Shown: piece by piece, positions 50,330-58,424 of the stretch
Layout of the letters: every line of letters starts with the position of its first letter
Numbering within the stretch: position 1 is the first letter of the stretch
Origin: Candidatus Nealsonbacteria bacterium
GTDB lineage: Bacteria > Patescibacteriota > Minisyncoccia > Minisyncoccales > JAGMDC01
Reading direction: 5' to 3'
DNA: 64,000 nt
NCBI GenBank assembly: GCA_030612885.1
Contig: JAUWMZ010000003.1
Span: 5,578-69,577 of the forward strand
Program-made: the position numbers and the translations under genes
Notes under the pieces: generated by a model
The model's input: only the letters and a program-made list of their open reading frames with translations
Told to the model about the DNA's origin: nothing
Databases searched by the model: none

Positions 50330-51283
50330 ATGTTTTATTTTTACATTTTACTTTTCTTCTTTTCCTGTCTTCTTCTTTTCTGGTCCGGCAAATGGCTGGT
50401 TGACGGTTTAGTTAAAATGGCTTGTTTCTTAAAGTTGCGAGAATTTGTTATTGCTTTTTTTATCGTTGCCGTGGCTGGCTCTGCTCCTAATTTTTTCTTT
50501 GGTATTTTAGCTGCCCTTAAAGGAATTCCTCAGCTTTCTTTCGGAGATACTCTTGGCGGGAATCTTATTGACTTAACAGTTATTGTTGCCTTATCTGTTC
50601 TCGTTAGCAAGGGAATACCAGCAAGGAGCAAGATGGTCCAGTCATCAGCAGTTTTTACCTTTCTCATTGCTCTTTTACCTCTTTTTTTGATTTTTGACGG
50701 TGTCTTATCAAGAGGTGATGGAGCTGTTTTAATTTCTGCTTTTATATTTTATGCTCTTTGGCTTTTTTCAAAAAAAGAAAGATTCAGCAAATCATATAAC
50801 GGAAATAAAAACTCTGCCCAAGATATTAAAGGTTTCTTTAAGGGCTTGGGAAAAGTAGCATTTGGAATAATTATTTTACTCGTAGCTTCTAAGGGAATGG
50901 TGGAATCAGCTTATTACTTTACAGAAACATTTCATTTTTCTTTGGTTTTTGTTGGAATGTTTATTATTGCTATTGGCAACGCTTTTCCAGAAGCATATTT
51001 TACTATTCTTTCAGCGCGGAAAAATCAGAATTGGATGCTTTTAGGCGATTTAATGGGCGTGGTAATAGTGGCTTCCACCCTGGTTTTAGGCACTGTGGCT
51101 ATTATTTGCCCGATTGAAATTGTCAGTTTTTCTCCTTATGCTGTGGCTCGATTTTTCTTAATAATGGCTGCTTTATTCTTTTTAATATTTGTCCGCACTG
51201 ACAGAAAAATCACTAAAAAAGAAGGACTATTTCTCTTAGGTGTCTATATCCTTTTCATCATCACAGAAATCCTCGTAAAATAA
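50330..51283 (+). CDS. CaCA-family sodium/calcium exchanger (YrbG-like), copy 2 (tandem paralogue)
   Basis: GDTLGGNLIDLTV and GDLMGVVIVASTLVLG. Shares the FSKKERFSK and VRTDRKIT.KE blocks with copy 1. Confidence 0.8.
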   Translation: MFYFYILLFFFSCLLLFWSGKWLVDGLVKMACFLKLREFVIAFFIVAVAGSAPNFFFGILAALKGIPQLSFGDTLGGNLIDLTVIVALSVLVSKGIPARSKMVQSSAVFTFLIALLPLFLIFDGVLSRGDGAVLISAFIFYALWLFSKKERFSKSYNGNKNSAQDIKGFFKGLGKVAFGIIILLVASKGMVESAYYFTETFHFSLVFVGMFIIAIGNAFPEAYFTILSARKNQNWMLLGDLMGVVIVASTLVLGTVAIICPIEIVSFSPYAVARFFLIMAALFFLIFVRTDRKITKKEGLFLLGVYILFIITEILVK

Positions 51284-51290
51284 AAAAAGA

Positions 51291-51313
51291 GTGGCGATGT
51301 CAAACCTCGCCAC
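51291..51313 (+). repeat. GTGGCGATGTCAAACCTCGCCAC hairpin repeat, copy 3 (one substitution)
   Basis: 8 nt after the stop at 51283. Confidence 0.75.
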
Positions 51314-51355
51314 GATAAGCCTTTATTTTTAGTTCAATTATGGTAAAATCAAAAT

Positions 51356-52195
51356 ATGGAAGGGAATAATAATTCAAAACAATATATTACTGATTTTAGG
51401 GAAGTGATGGATAAAGTTTTGAAGAGTTTTGATGAAGTTAATTTGAAAGAAATTGATGAAAGAAATAAAAAACTCAATTCTTTGAGGCCTTTACCGTCAG
51501 GGTCGTTAAAATCTTTAGAGGAAAAACTTGCTATTGATGAAATTCATAATTCCACGGCAATAGAAGGGAACACTTTAACTTTGGGCGAAACAGCTTTGGT
51601 AATAGAAAAAGGAATTACTATATCTGGCAAGCCATTGAAAGACCATTTAGAGGTTTTAGGATATAATAAGGCCCTGAAATTTATTAAAGAAATCGTCAAA
51701 GAAAAAGAAAAATATCCATTAAACGAAGATTTAATGAAAGAAGTTCATAAAATTTTGTTTAAGCCGATGGAAAATTTAGAAAAAGAATATGATTATGGTA
51801 TTGGATTTTATAGAAAAAACCAGCGATTTATTAAAGGTTCTCATCATATTCTGCCTCGACCAGAAAAAGTACAGGATTTAATGGAAGAATTTGTAGAGAT
51901 TATGAACCGTACAAATACTCATCCTATAAAAAGAGCTGTTTTATTTCATTTCGGCTTTACTCATATTCATCCTTTTACTGATGGCAATGGCAGAACAGCC
52001 CGGCTTTTAATGAATTTAATGCTTTTGCGAGATAGTTATCCGATTACTATTATTCCTTTAGAAAAAAGAGGTATATATATCAATGCTTTAGAAAAAGCAT
52101 CGGTTCAACATAATGGCAAAGATTTTTTGAGTTTTATTCTTGAATGCATAAATGATGTTTTAAACCTTTATTTTAGTATTGTAAATCAAAAATAA
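51356..52195 (+). CDS. Fic family protein (AMPylase-type) with intramolecular inhibitory motif
   Basis: Fic motif HIHPFTDGNGRTARLLM, with an upstream (S/T)xxxE(G/N) motif in NSTAIEGNTL. Confidence 0.88.
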   Translation: MEGNNNSKQYITDFREVMDKVLKSFDEVNLKEIDERNKKLNSLRPLPSGSLKSLEEKLAIDEIHNSTAIEGNTLTLGETALVIEKGITISGKPLKDHLEVLGYNKALKFIKEIVKEKEKYPLNEDLMKEVHKILFKPMENLEKEYDYGIGFYRKNQRFIKGSHHILPRPEKVQDLMEEFVEIMNRTNTHPIKRAVLFHFGFTHIHPFTDGNGRTARLLMNLMLLRDSYPITIIPLEKRGIYINALEKASVQHNGKDFLSFILECINDVLNLYFSIVNQK

Positions 52196-52196
52196 T

Positions 52197-52586
52197 ATGG
52201 AGGAATTTGATAAAAAAATTGAAAAGGAACCGGGGAAAGAATATAGAAAAGAGATTTTTCCTAAAGAGACCATAGAGGAAAGGGAGGAGGTTTTAGAAAA
52301 GAAAGAATTAACCGAAAAGGAAAAAGAAGCAAGAAAAGAGATGGAAAAAGAGATTGAAAAGATTAAATTGTCTCCCCAGGCAAAAGTTCAAGCCCAGAAG
52401 CAAGCCGAAGATATAAAAAAAGGAACGGTTCAGGGTAAAATCCAGCATCTTTTGGATTTGGCTCAATCGCAAGGTTTGGCTTATGCAGTAGAAGTGGTTC
52501 GAAAAATGGATGATCCATATCTTTTAGATTTATTCCACGACACTTTAGCCAAAGAAGGCCGTTTCAAGAAATTCTTGCCCCGTTAG
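52197..52586 (+). CDS. Glu/Lys-rich hypothetical protein A
   Basis: 129 aa. Starts 2 nt after the Fic stop codon. Charged N-terminal half, small helical C-terminal domain. Confidence 0.55.
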   Translation: MEEFDKKIEKEPGKEYRKEIFPKETIEEREEVLEKKELTEKEKEARKEMEKEIEKIKLSPQAKVQAQKQAEDIKKGTVQGKIQHLLDLAQSQGLAYAVEVVRKMDDPYLLDLFHDTLAKEGRFKKFLPR

Positions 52587-52730
52587 AGGATAGCAGGATT
52601 ATTGAAAATAATAAACCTTTATTTGTTTAAAGACGTTGTAGTGAGAAATTAACATAATAATCCTTTAACGGGGGTTTAAAGAAATAAAAATAAAGGTCTG
52701 GTTTAATAAAAAAATTAGAAATTTAAATTT

Positions 52731-53468
52731 ATGCCAAAACAAGAAGAACCTAAAATTGAATATCCAGAAGGAAGAACAAGAACAGAAAAAAGAAAAGAGG
52801 AGGAGGTGCTTAAAGAAAAAGGAGGGAATGGAATTCTAAAAGGAGAAATTAAAAAAGAGGAAACTGAGACAACAGTCAAAGATGAAGAGAAACTTGCGGA
52901 AGAAAGAGAAAAAATTAAGGGGATGTCGGAAGTTGTGGGAAATGAATTAACTTCAGAACAAAAGAAAATTATAGAAGAACAAGAAAGGGAAATAGAAGAA
53001 GCCAAGGAAAAAGTACGAGAAATGGATAATTGGAAAGAATTACAAAGAAAAGGATTATTAACAGAAAAAGCCGAGGAGATTTTGAATAAATTAGAAGGAG
53101 TAATTTCACAAATAGATTGGAAAAGAAAAATGTTAATAGATGTAAGAGAGCAAGCAGAAAAATTTAAAACAAGAATAGAACGAGGGGAATTTGACAAAGG
53201 TGCAATTCGTAGAATACCAGAAGAAACATGGCGAAATCCTGTGATAAATTTAGAAGAAAGAGAAAAAGAATTTGATGAATTAAAAAGATATTATAATCAG
53301 CGCAAGGAAGAACTACGGGAATTAGAAGAAAATGGAGAGCTTGAAGAAAAAACAGAGCCAGAGGAAGTAGAAATACCAAAAGGGAAGGAGGAGGAAGGGG
53401 AGGAGAAAGAAGAAGAGAAAAAGAAAGGTAGGCCGGGAATAATAGAAAGATTGTTTGGAAGAAAGTGA
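52731..53468 (+). CDS. hyper-charged Glu/Lys-rich protein B with C-terminal amphipathic tail
   Basis: 245 aa. Contains DEEKLAEEREKIKGM, shared with protein C. Ends KKKGRPGIIERLFGRK. Confidence 0.6.
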   Translation: MPKQEEPKIEYPEGRTRTEKRKEEEVLKEKGGNGILKGEIKKEETETTVKDEEKLAEEREKIKGMSEVVGNELTSEQKKIIEEQEREIEEAKEKVREMDNWKELQRKGLLTEKAEEILNKLEGVISQIDWKRKMLIDVREQAEKFKTRIERGEFDKGAIRRIPEETWRNPVINLEEREKEFDELKRYYNQRKEELRELEENGELEEKTEPEEVEIPKGKEEEGEEKEEEKKKGRPGIIERLFGRK

Positions 53469-53537
53469 AATTTAGATTTTTTAATATTCGGAAGAAATAC
53501 AAAAATTTATTTTTGTATCTTTTCCTTACTCATAATT

Positions 53538-53972
53538 ATGAACGATAATCCTGAAAAAATAAAAATTAATACAGAAAAAGTGGAAGAGAAAAAAATAGTA
53601 GAAGGAGTGCCGGAAAAAGAAATAGAGGGAGAGAAAATATCAGAAGAAGAGATTAAGGAACAGGAAGCTGAGATTGAAGCCAAAGACGAAGAAGAACTTG
53701 CCAAAGAAAGAGAGAAAATCAAGGAGATGCCGGAACAAAAAGAAGAAAAGACAATAGAGGATAGAATAATAGAAAAACTATCTGAGGAGTATCCTAAAGT
53801 GCCGAAAGATTTACTAAAAAATTATATTGAAGCCACTAAAAAACTTGGAGAATTGAATATTCCTACAAAACTCAGAGAAGAAGAGGATTTAACCCTAAAA
53901 GAGAAATTAGCATTGAAAGATTGGAAGAATATAAAAGCAACCATGAATTTTCTTGAAAAAACAGGTTCTTGA
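53538..53972 (+). CDS. hyper-charged Glu/Lys-rich protein C
   Basis: 144 aa. Contains DEEELAKEREKIKEM. Its stop overlaps the next ORF. Confidence 0.6.
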   Translation: MNDNPEKIKINTEKVEEKKIVEGVPEKEIEGEKISEEEIKEQEAEIEAKDEEELAKEREKIKEMPEQKEEKTIEDRIIEKLSEEYPKVPKDLLKNYIEATKKLGELNIPTKLREEEDLTLKEKLALKDWKNIKATMNFLEKTGS

Positions 53973-54010
53973 AAGGGAAATTAAAAAAATATCAAAAAAC
54001 AATAAAATTT

Positions 54011-56443
54011 ATGGATTTTTCGTTGATAATTTTAATAATAGTTATTTTAATTATCGCTGGAGCGGGTTGGTTTTTGGTTAGCAAGAAAAGAAAAATTAAG
54101 CAATTGACAAAGTCATTGGATATGGCTTTGTTTTTGGTCAGATTGCCGAAATACGAGAAGAAAGAAGAAAAAGAGAAACAGGACATAAAATCAGTGATTG
54201 GAATAATGGAGCAGATATATTCTAATTTTTTGTATTTAGAAAAGCCGAATTTTATTAAAAGATTTTTGCAGGGCTCTCCAAGAATTGCTTTAGAAATTGC
54301 TTCTCAAACAGGCGGCAGTGATATTTCTTTTTATGTTGCGGTGCCAATTAATTTGGAAACGAGATTAGAGAAAAATATTCAGGGATTATATCCAGGCGCT
54401 CAAGTAGAAAAAGTCCCTGAAGATTATACTGTTTTTGAACCGGAAGGAAAAGTTGCCGGTTGTTATCTAAAATTAAAAAAAGCGATTTATTATCCCATTA
54501 ATACTTATAAAAATTTAGATAGAGACCCTTTAGCGAGCATTACTAATACTTTAAGCAAGATTAATCCTGATGAAGGAGCAGCAGTTCAAATAATTCTTAG
54601 GCCTTGCTCATTAGATTTGAAATATAAAGGAGAAAAAGTTCTCTCTAAAATCAGAGAGGGAAAATCTGCCTCATCAGCTATTGCTGAAGCAGAGAAAAGC
54701 GGAATAATGAAGTTTTTTGACTCATTTTTTGAAGCAATGTCTTCTAAAAAAGAAGAAGAAAAGAAAGGCCTATTAGACAAGGAAAAAGAGAAACCGTTTG
54801 AAGAACCAAGTTTTGAAGCAATTAAAACAAAAATCCAAAAACCGGTTTTTGATGTAAATATTCGTTTAGTGAGCGTAGCGCCGGAACAATCAAGGGCAGA
54901 GGAAATTTTAGACCACTTAGAAAGCGGTTTTTCCCAATTTTATAATAATTTCAATGAATTCAAAGCAGTAAAATTAAAGAAAAACAAACTGAAAAAACTT
55001 ATCTATGATTTTAGCTTTCGTGTTTTTAATAAAAACCAGAGAAGTATTTTAAACTTAGAAGAACTTACCAGTATTTATCATTTTCCTTTATCTAATATTG
55101 AGAGCCCTCAAATCAAATGGGTCAAAACAAAAGAAACAGCGCCGCCTACTGAATTACCTTCTGCTGGCCTTAATTTAATAGGCAAGGCGGTTTTTCGCAA
55201 TGAAGAAAAAGATGTTTATTTTGCTTCAGAAAACGACAGGCGCCGCCATTATTATATTATTGGTCAAACCGGAACTGGTAAATCATCTTTATTAAGAGAA
55301 ATGATTCGTCAGGACATAGAGCAGGGCAAAGGGGTGGCTGTAATTGATCCTCACGGTGATTTAATTGAAGATACTTTAGCCAATATACCAAAAGAAAGAG
55401 CAGAAGATGTGGTTTTATTTGAGCCGTTTGATTTAGAACGGCCTTGCGGATTAAATATGCTGGAATGGGATACGCCAGAGCAAAAAGATTTTGCTGTTTC
55501 CGAGATGATTGCTATTTTTTCCAAGCTTTTTCCTCCAGAAATCATTGGTCCTATGTTTGAGCATTATATGAGAAACGCAATGCTCGCTTTAATGGCAGAT
55601 AAAGAAAATCCTGGTACTTTGGTGGAAATTCCAAGAATTTTTACAGATGATGATTTTATGAAGGAACGGTTAGAAAAAGTCAAAGATCCTTTGGTTAAGC
55701 AATTCTGGTTAAAAGAATGGGCGCAGACAACCGGCGAGACAAAGTCAGATATGCTTGGCTATGTTGTTTCCAAGGTTGGCAGGTTTGTTGAAAATGAAAT
55801 GATGAGGAATATTATTGGCCAGTCCAATTCTGGGTTTGATTTGGCAAAGATTATGAATGAAGGAAAAATATTTTTAGCCAATTTATCAAAAGGACAAACA
55901 GGCGAAATGAATAGTTCTTTATTGGGTTTGATTTTGGTCTCAAAAATGCAGTTAGCAGCAATGAAAAGAGGGAAATTACCGGAAGAGCAAAGAAAAGATT
56001 TTTACTTATATATTGATGAATTTCAAAACTTTACCACTGATACCATTGCCACTATTTTATCAGAAGCAAGAAAATACCGCTTGGATTTAATTTTAGCGCA
56101 CCAGTTTATTCCTCAATTAACCGATGAAATTAGAAACGCTGTAATCGGCAATGTGGGAACGATTACTTCTTTCAGAATTGGCGCCACTGACGCTGAATTT
56201 TTGGAAAAGCAATTTGAGCCGGAATTTTCCCGTTATGACTTAGTTAATCTTGATAATTTCCAGTTTATTGTTAAGATGATGATAGACAACAAGGTTTCTT
56301 CTCCGTTTAAAGTAAAAACCATTAAACCGGTTGAAGGTAATCCAAAAATTACAGCTCCTATTAAAAAGATTTCCAAACTAAAATATGGCAGACCGAGAGT
56401 TATGGTGGAGCGAGAAATTATGGAAAGAGCAAAATTAGGATAA
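54011..56443 (+). CDS. membrane-anchored TraD/VirD4-like (type IV coupling protein-like) P-loop ATPase
   Basis: ATG at 54011 gives an N-terminal TM helix (MDFSLIILIIVILIIAGAGWFLV). Walker A IIGQTGTGKSSL, Walker B FYLYIDEFQNF, LILAHQFIPQL. Confidence 0.8.
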   Translation: MDFSLIILIIVILIIAGAGWFLVSKKRKIKQLTKSLDMALFLVRLPKYEKKEEKEKQDIKSVIGIMEQIYSNFLYLEKPNFIKRFLQGSPRIALEIASQTGGSDISFYVAVPINLETRLEKNIQGLYPGAQVEKVPEDYTVFEPEGKVAGCYLKLKKAIYYPINTYKNLDRDPLASITNTLSKINPDEGAAVQIILRPCSLDLKYKGEKVLSKIREGKSASSAIAEAEKSGIMKFFDSFFEAMSSKKEEEKKGLLDKEKEKPFEEPSFEAIKTKIQKPVFDVNIRLVSVAPEQSRAEEILDHLESGFSQFYNNFNEFKAVKLKKNKLKKLIYDFSFRVFNKNQRSILNLEELTSIYHFPLSNIESPQIKWVKTKETAPPTELPSAGLNLIGKAVFRNEEKDVYFASENDRRRHYYIIGQTGTGKSSLLREMIRQDIEQGKGVAVIDPHGDLIEDTLANIPKERAEDVVLFEPFDLERPCGLNMLEWDTPEQKDFAVSEMIAIFSKLFPPEIIGPMFEHYMRNAMLALMADKENPGTLVEIPRIFTDDDFMKERLEKVKDPLVKQFWLKEWAQTTGETKSDMLGYVVSKVGRFVENEMMRNIIGQSNSGFDLAKIMNEGKIFLANLSKGQTGEMNSSLLGLILVSKMQLAAMKRGKLPEEQRKDFYLYIDEFQNFTTDTIATILSEARKYRLDLILAHQFIPQLTDEIRNAVIGNVGTITSFRIGATDAEFLEKQFEPEFSRYDLVNLDNFQFIVKMMIDNKVSSPFKVKTIKPVEGNPKITAPIKKISKLKYGRPRVMVEREIMERAKLG

Positions 56444-56455
56444 AGTTATTAAAAT

Positions 56456-58171
56456 ATGAATAAAGGAGAAAGAAGATTAGGAAAAAAAATTCTTAAAGAG
56501 ATGCAAGAAATGGGCGAAAAGACGGGCTGGAATGTTTCGGTTGAAGAAGCGGAAAAAGTAAAAAAGGATGATGTTATAAACGAAACAAAAGAAAAAATAA
56601 AAAGGTCGGAACAAAAAGATGAAAATAATAATAACAACAAAAATATGAAAAAACAAGAAAAAGGAGAAAAAATAGCAGATAAAAAAATAGATAAAGATAA
56701 TATGTCAAAGGAAGAGCAAGATGAAATACTGGAAGCGAGAAAAAGAGAAAAGAATGAGCGAGAAGCAAAAAAAGGCGAAGGCGGGAAAAAAGAAGGCATG
56801 GAGGGAAAAGGAGAAAAGAAAAAATCTCCTGAATTAGGAGAAAAGTTAAAAGAGGAGAAAAGAAAGAAAACAGAGCTTCGGAAAAGTGAAATTTATAGAA
56901 GATTTTACGACAAAGAGAGATTTAGCATAGATAAAGATACTATTAAAAGTATCCAGGGCATTCTTGAGGAGCAAATGAAAGATATTTTAGTTATTCAAGG
57001 TAAAGAATGGTTAAAAGAGCAAATAGAAAATTACCCAGATAATTATCCGGAATTGGCAGGGCAAGATACAGATAAGTTTGATGAAAGTAGAGTCATGGAT
57101 TGTGTGAGAGATAAGAATGAGTTTTGGGATTTACTTGATAAAGAAAATAAAGAATGGAAAGACGCTGAAAATTTAAGAGAATCAATAGAATATTTTGGAG
57201 AAGATCTTCCTCCGGATATAAAGACGGCAATTTTTAACCGTCTTCCTGAAGGTTCGATTAAAGAAAAGGTTTGGGAAAAGCTTACTGGAGAAAATTTAGA
57301 CGAGAAAACAAAGATAGAGGCAGGCATAGGAGAAAAAAATGAATATGTAGAGAGAAAGATAGAAGATTTTAAAATTGAAGAAAGAAATAAATTTTTTGAG
57401 AATGAATGGAATGAATTATCGCCTGAACAACAAAGAGCAGCTGGGAATATTGATGATTATTCTCAATCAAGAATAATTTATTTACAAGAAATCCTAAATA
57501 AGAATTTGAAAGGATTAAAAAAAATAGAAGAAACCGATATTCTTGGTCTTTTAGAGCAGGGAGCCAGTCCTGAAAAGATTAAAAACATGAAAGCGGCAAG
57601 AAAGATTCTTCCTGAATTTATTGCAGCGAGAAAAATCAAAATAGAAGGAATAAAAGGCAAGAAAACAATAAACGTTCTGGAAGAGATGATTAAAAATGGT
57701 AACGAAGAAAGGGTCAGAAAGATTGATGAAGAGAAATTAATAAAGGAAGAAAATTGGGAAACTACATTTAAAGATAAAAAATCAGAAATTCTTGAAGACG
57801 AAGCAGACAAAACCACAGATGAAATAATAGAAAAATGTTACGAAAAAATAGGAAGAGATGTAGCGGCACGAGAATTATCAAAAGAAATTGACAAAAATCC
57901 TAAAAGAAAAGCGAAAATAGAAAAAGAATTTGGAAAAGGCAAAGAAGGGAAAGAGAATATAAAAAAAGAATTTACTAAATTAATAAAAAAAGATGAAGAG
58001 TTAGAAGGGGAATGGGGAGAAGATGAGGAAGATTTAAGAGAAACTCTTGAAAGCTGGGGGATTGAGCCGGAAAAACTTACAGACGAACAGAAAGAAACTT
58101 ATAAAGAATTTTCAGAAAAAAAATGGGGATTAGTTGATTGGATTTTAGCAATTATTTTTGGAGAAATATGA
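56456..58171 (+). CDS. 571-aa hyper-charged Glu/Lys-rich protein E with hydrophobic C-terminal tail
   Basis: Continuous purine-rich ORF. Ends KKWGLVDWILAIIFGEI. Confidence 0.6.
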   Translation: MNKGERRLGKKILKEMQEMGEKTGWNVSVEEAEKVKKDDVINETKEKIKRSEQKDENNNNNKNMKKQEKGEKIADKKIDKDNMSKEEQDEILEARKREKNEREAKKGEGGKKEGMEGKGEKKKSPELGEKLKEEKRKKTELRKSEIYRRFYDKERFSIDKDTIKSIQGILEEQMKDILVIQGKEWLKEQIENYPDNYPELAGQDTDKFDESRVMDCVRDKNEFWDLLDKENKEWKDAENLRESIEYFGEDLPPDIKTAIFNRLPEGSIKEKVWEKLTGENLDEKTKIEAGIGEKNEYVERKIEDFKIEERNKFFENEWNELSPEQQRAAGNIDDYSQSRIIYLQEILNKNLKGLKKIEETDILGLLEQGASPEKIKNMKAARKILPEFIAARKIKIEGIKGKKTINVLEEMIKNGNEERVRKIDEEKLIKEENWETTFKDKKSEILEDEADKTTDEIIEKCYEKIGRDVAARELSKEIDKNPKRKAKIEKEFGKGKEGKENIKKEFTKLIKKDEELEGEWGEDEEDLRETLESWGIEPEKLTDEQKETYKEFSEKKWGLVDWILAIIFGEI

Positions 58172-58175
58172 ACCT

Positions 58176-58379
58176 ATGACTAATATTCTTCTTACAAATA
58201 AATCCTTGGAAGGCCTTATTAAAGAAACTCCATTAATAGCAGAAGAACAAAGAAAGAAATTTTTAGATAGATTGCCTTATTTAGACGAGAAAGAAAGAAT
58301 TGATCTTTTCAAAACTTTAAAAGATATCATTTTACTTGAGGCAGAAAAAGAAGAGGCAATTCAAGGAATGAAAGAATAG
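58176..58379 (+). CDS. 67-aa helical protein F
   Basis: ATG at 58176 inside the listed ORF. MTNILLTNKSLEGLIKETPLIAEEQRKKFLDRLPYLDEKERIDLF... Confidence 0.45.
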   Translation: MTNILLTNKSLEGLIKETPLIAEEQRKKFLDRLPYLDEKERIDLFKTLKDIILLEAEKEEAIQGMKE

Positions 58380-58424
58380 AAAAAATTCTTTAATTTTTAA
58401 ATTCGTAATTAGGACATTTTTACA

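Noticed and set aside
52715-53722. Long minus-strand ORFs (52715-53197, 53164-53502, 53507-53722) opposite the Glu/Lys-rich genes. The same applies to 56449-56799, 56574-56768, 57043-57327 and 57478-57816.
   Set aside because: They are Ser/Phe/Leu-rich mirror images of GAA/AAG-rich coding sequence. They have no start context or recognisable domains and are fully nested antisense to better-supported plus-strand ORFs.
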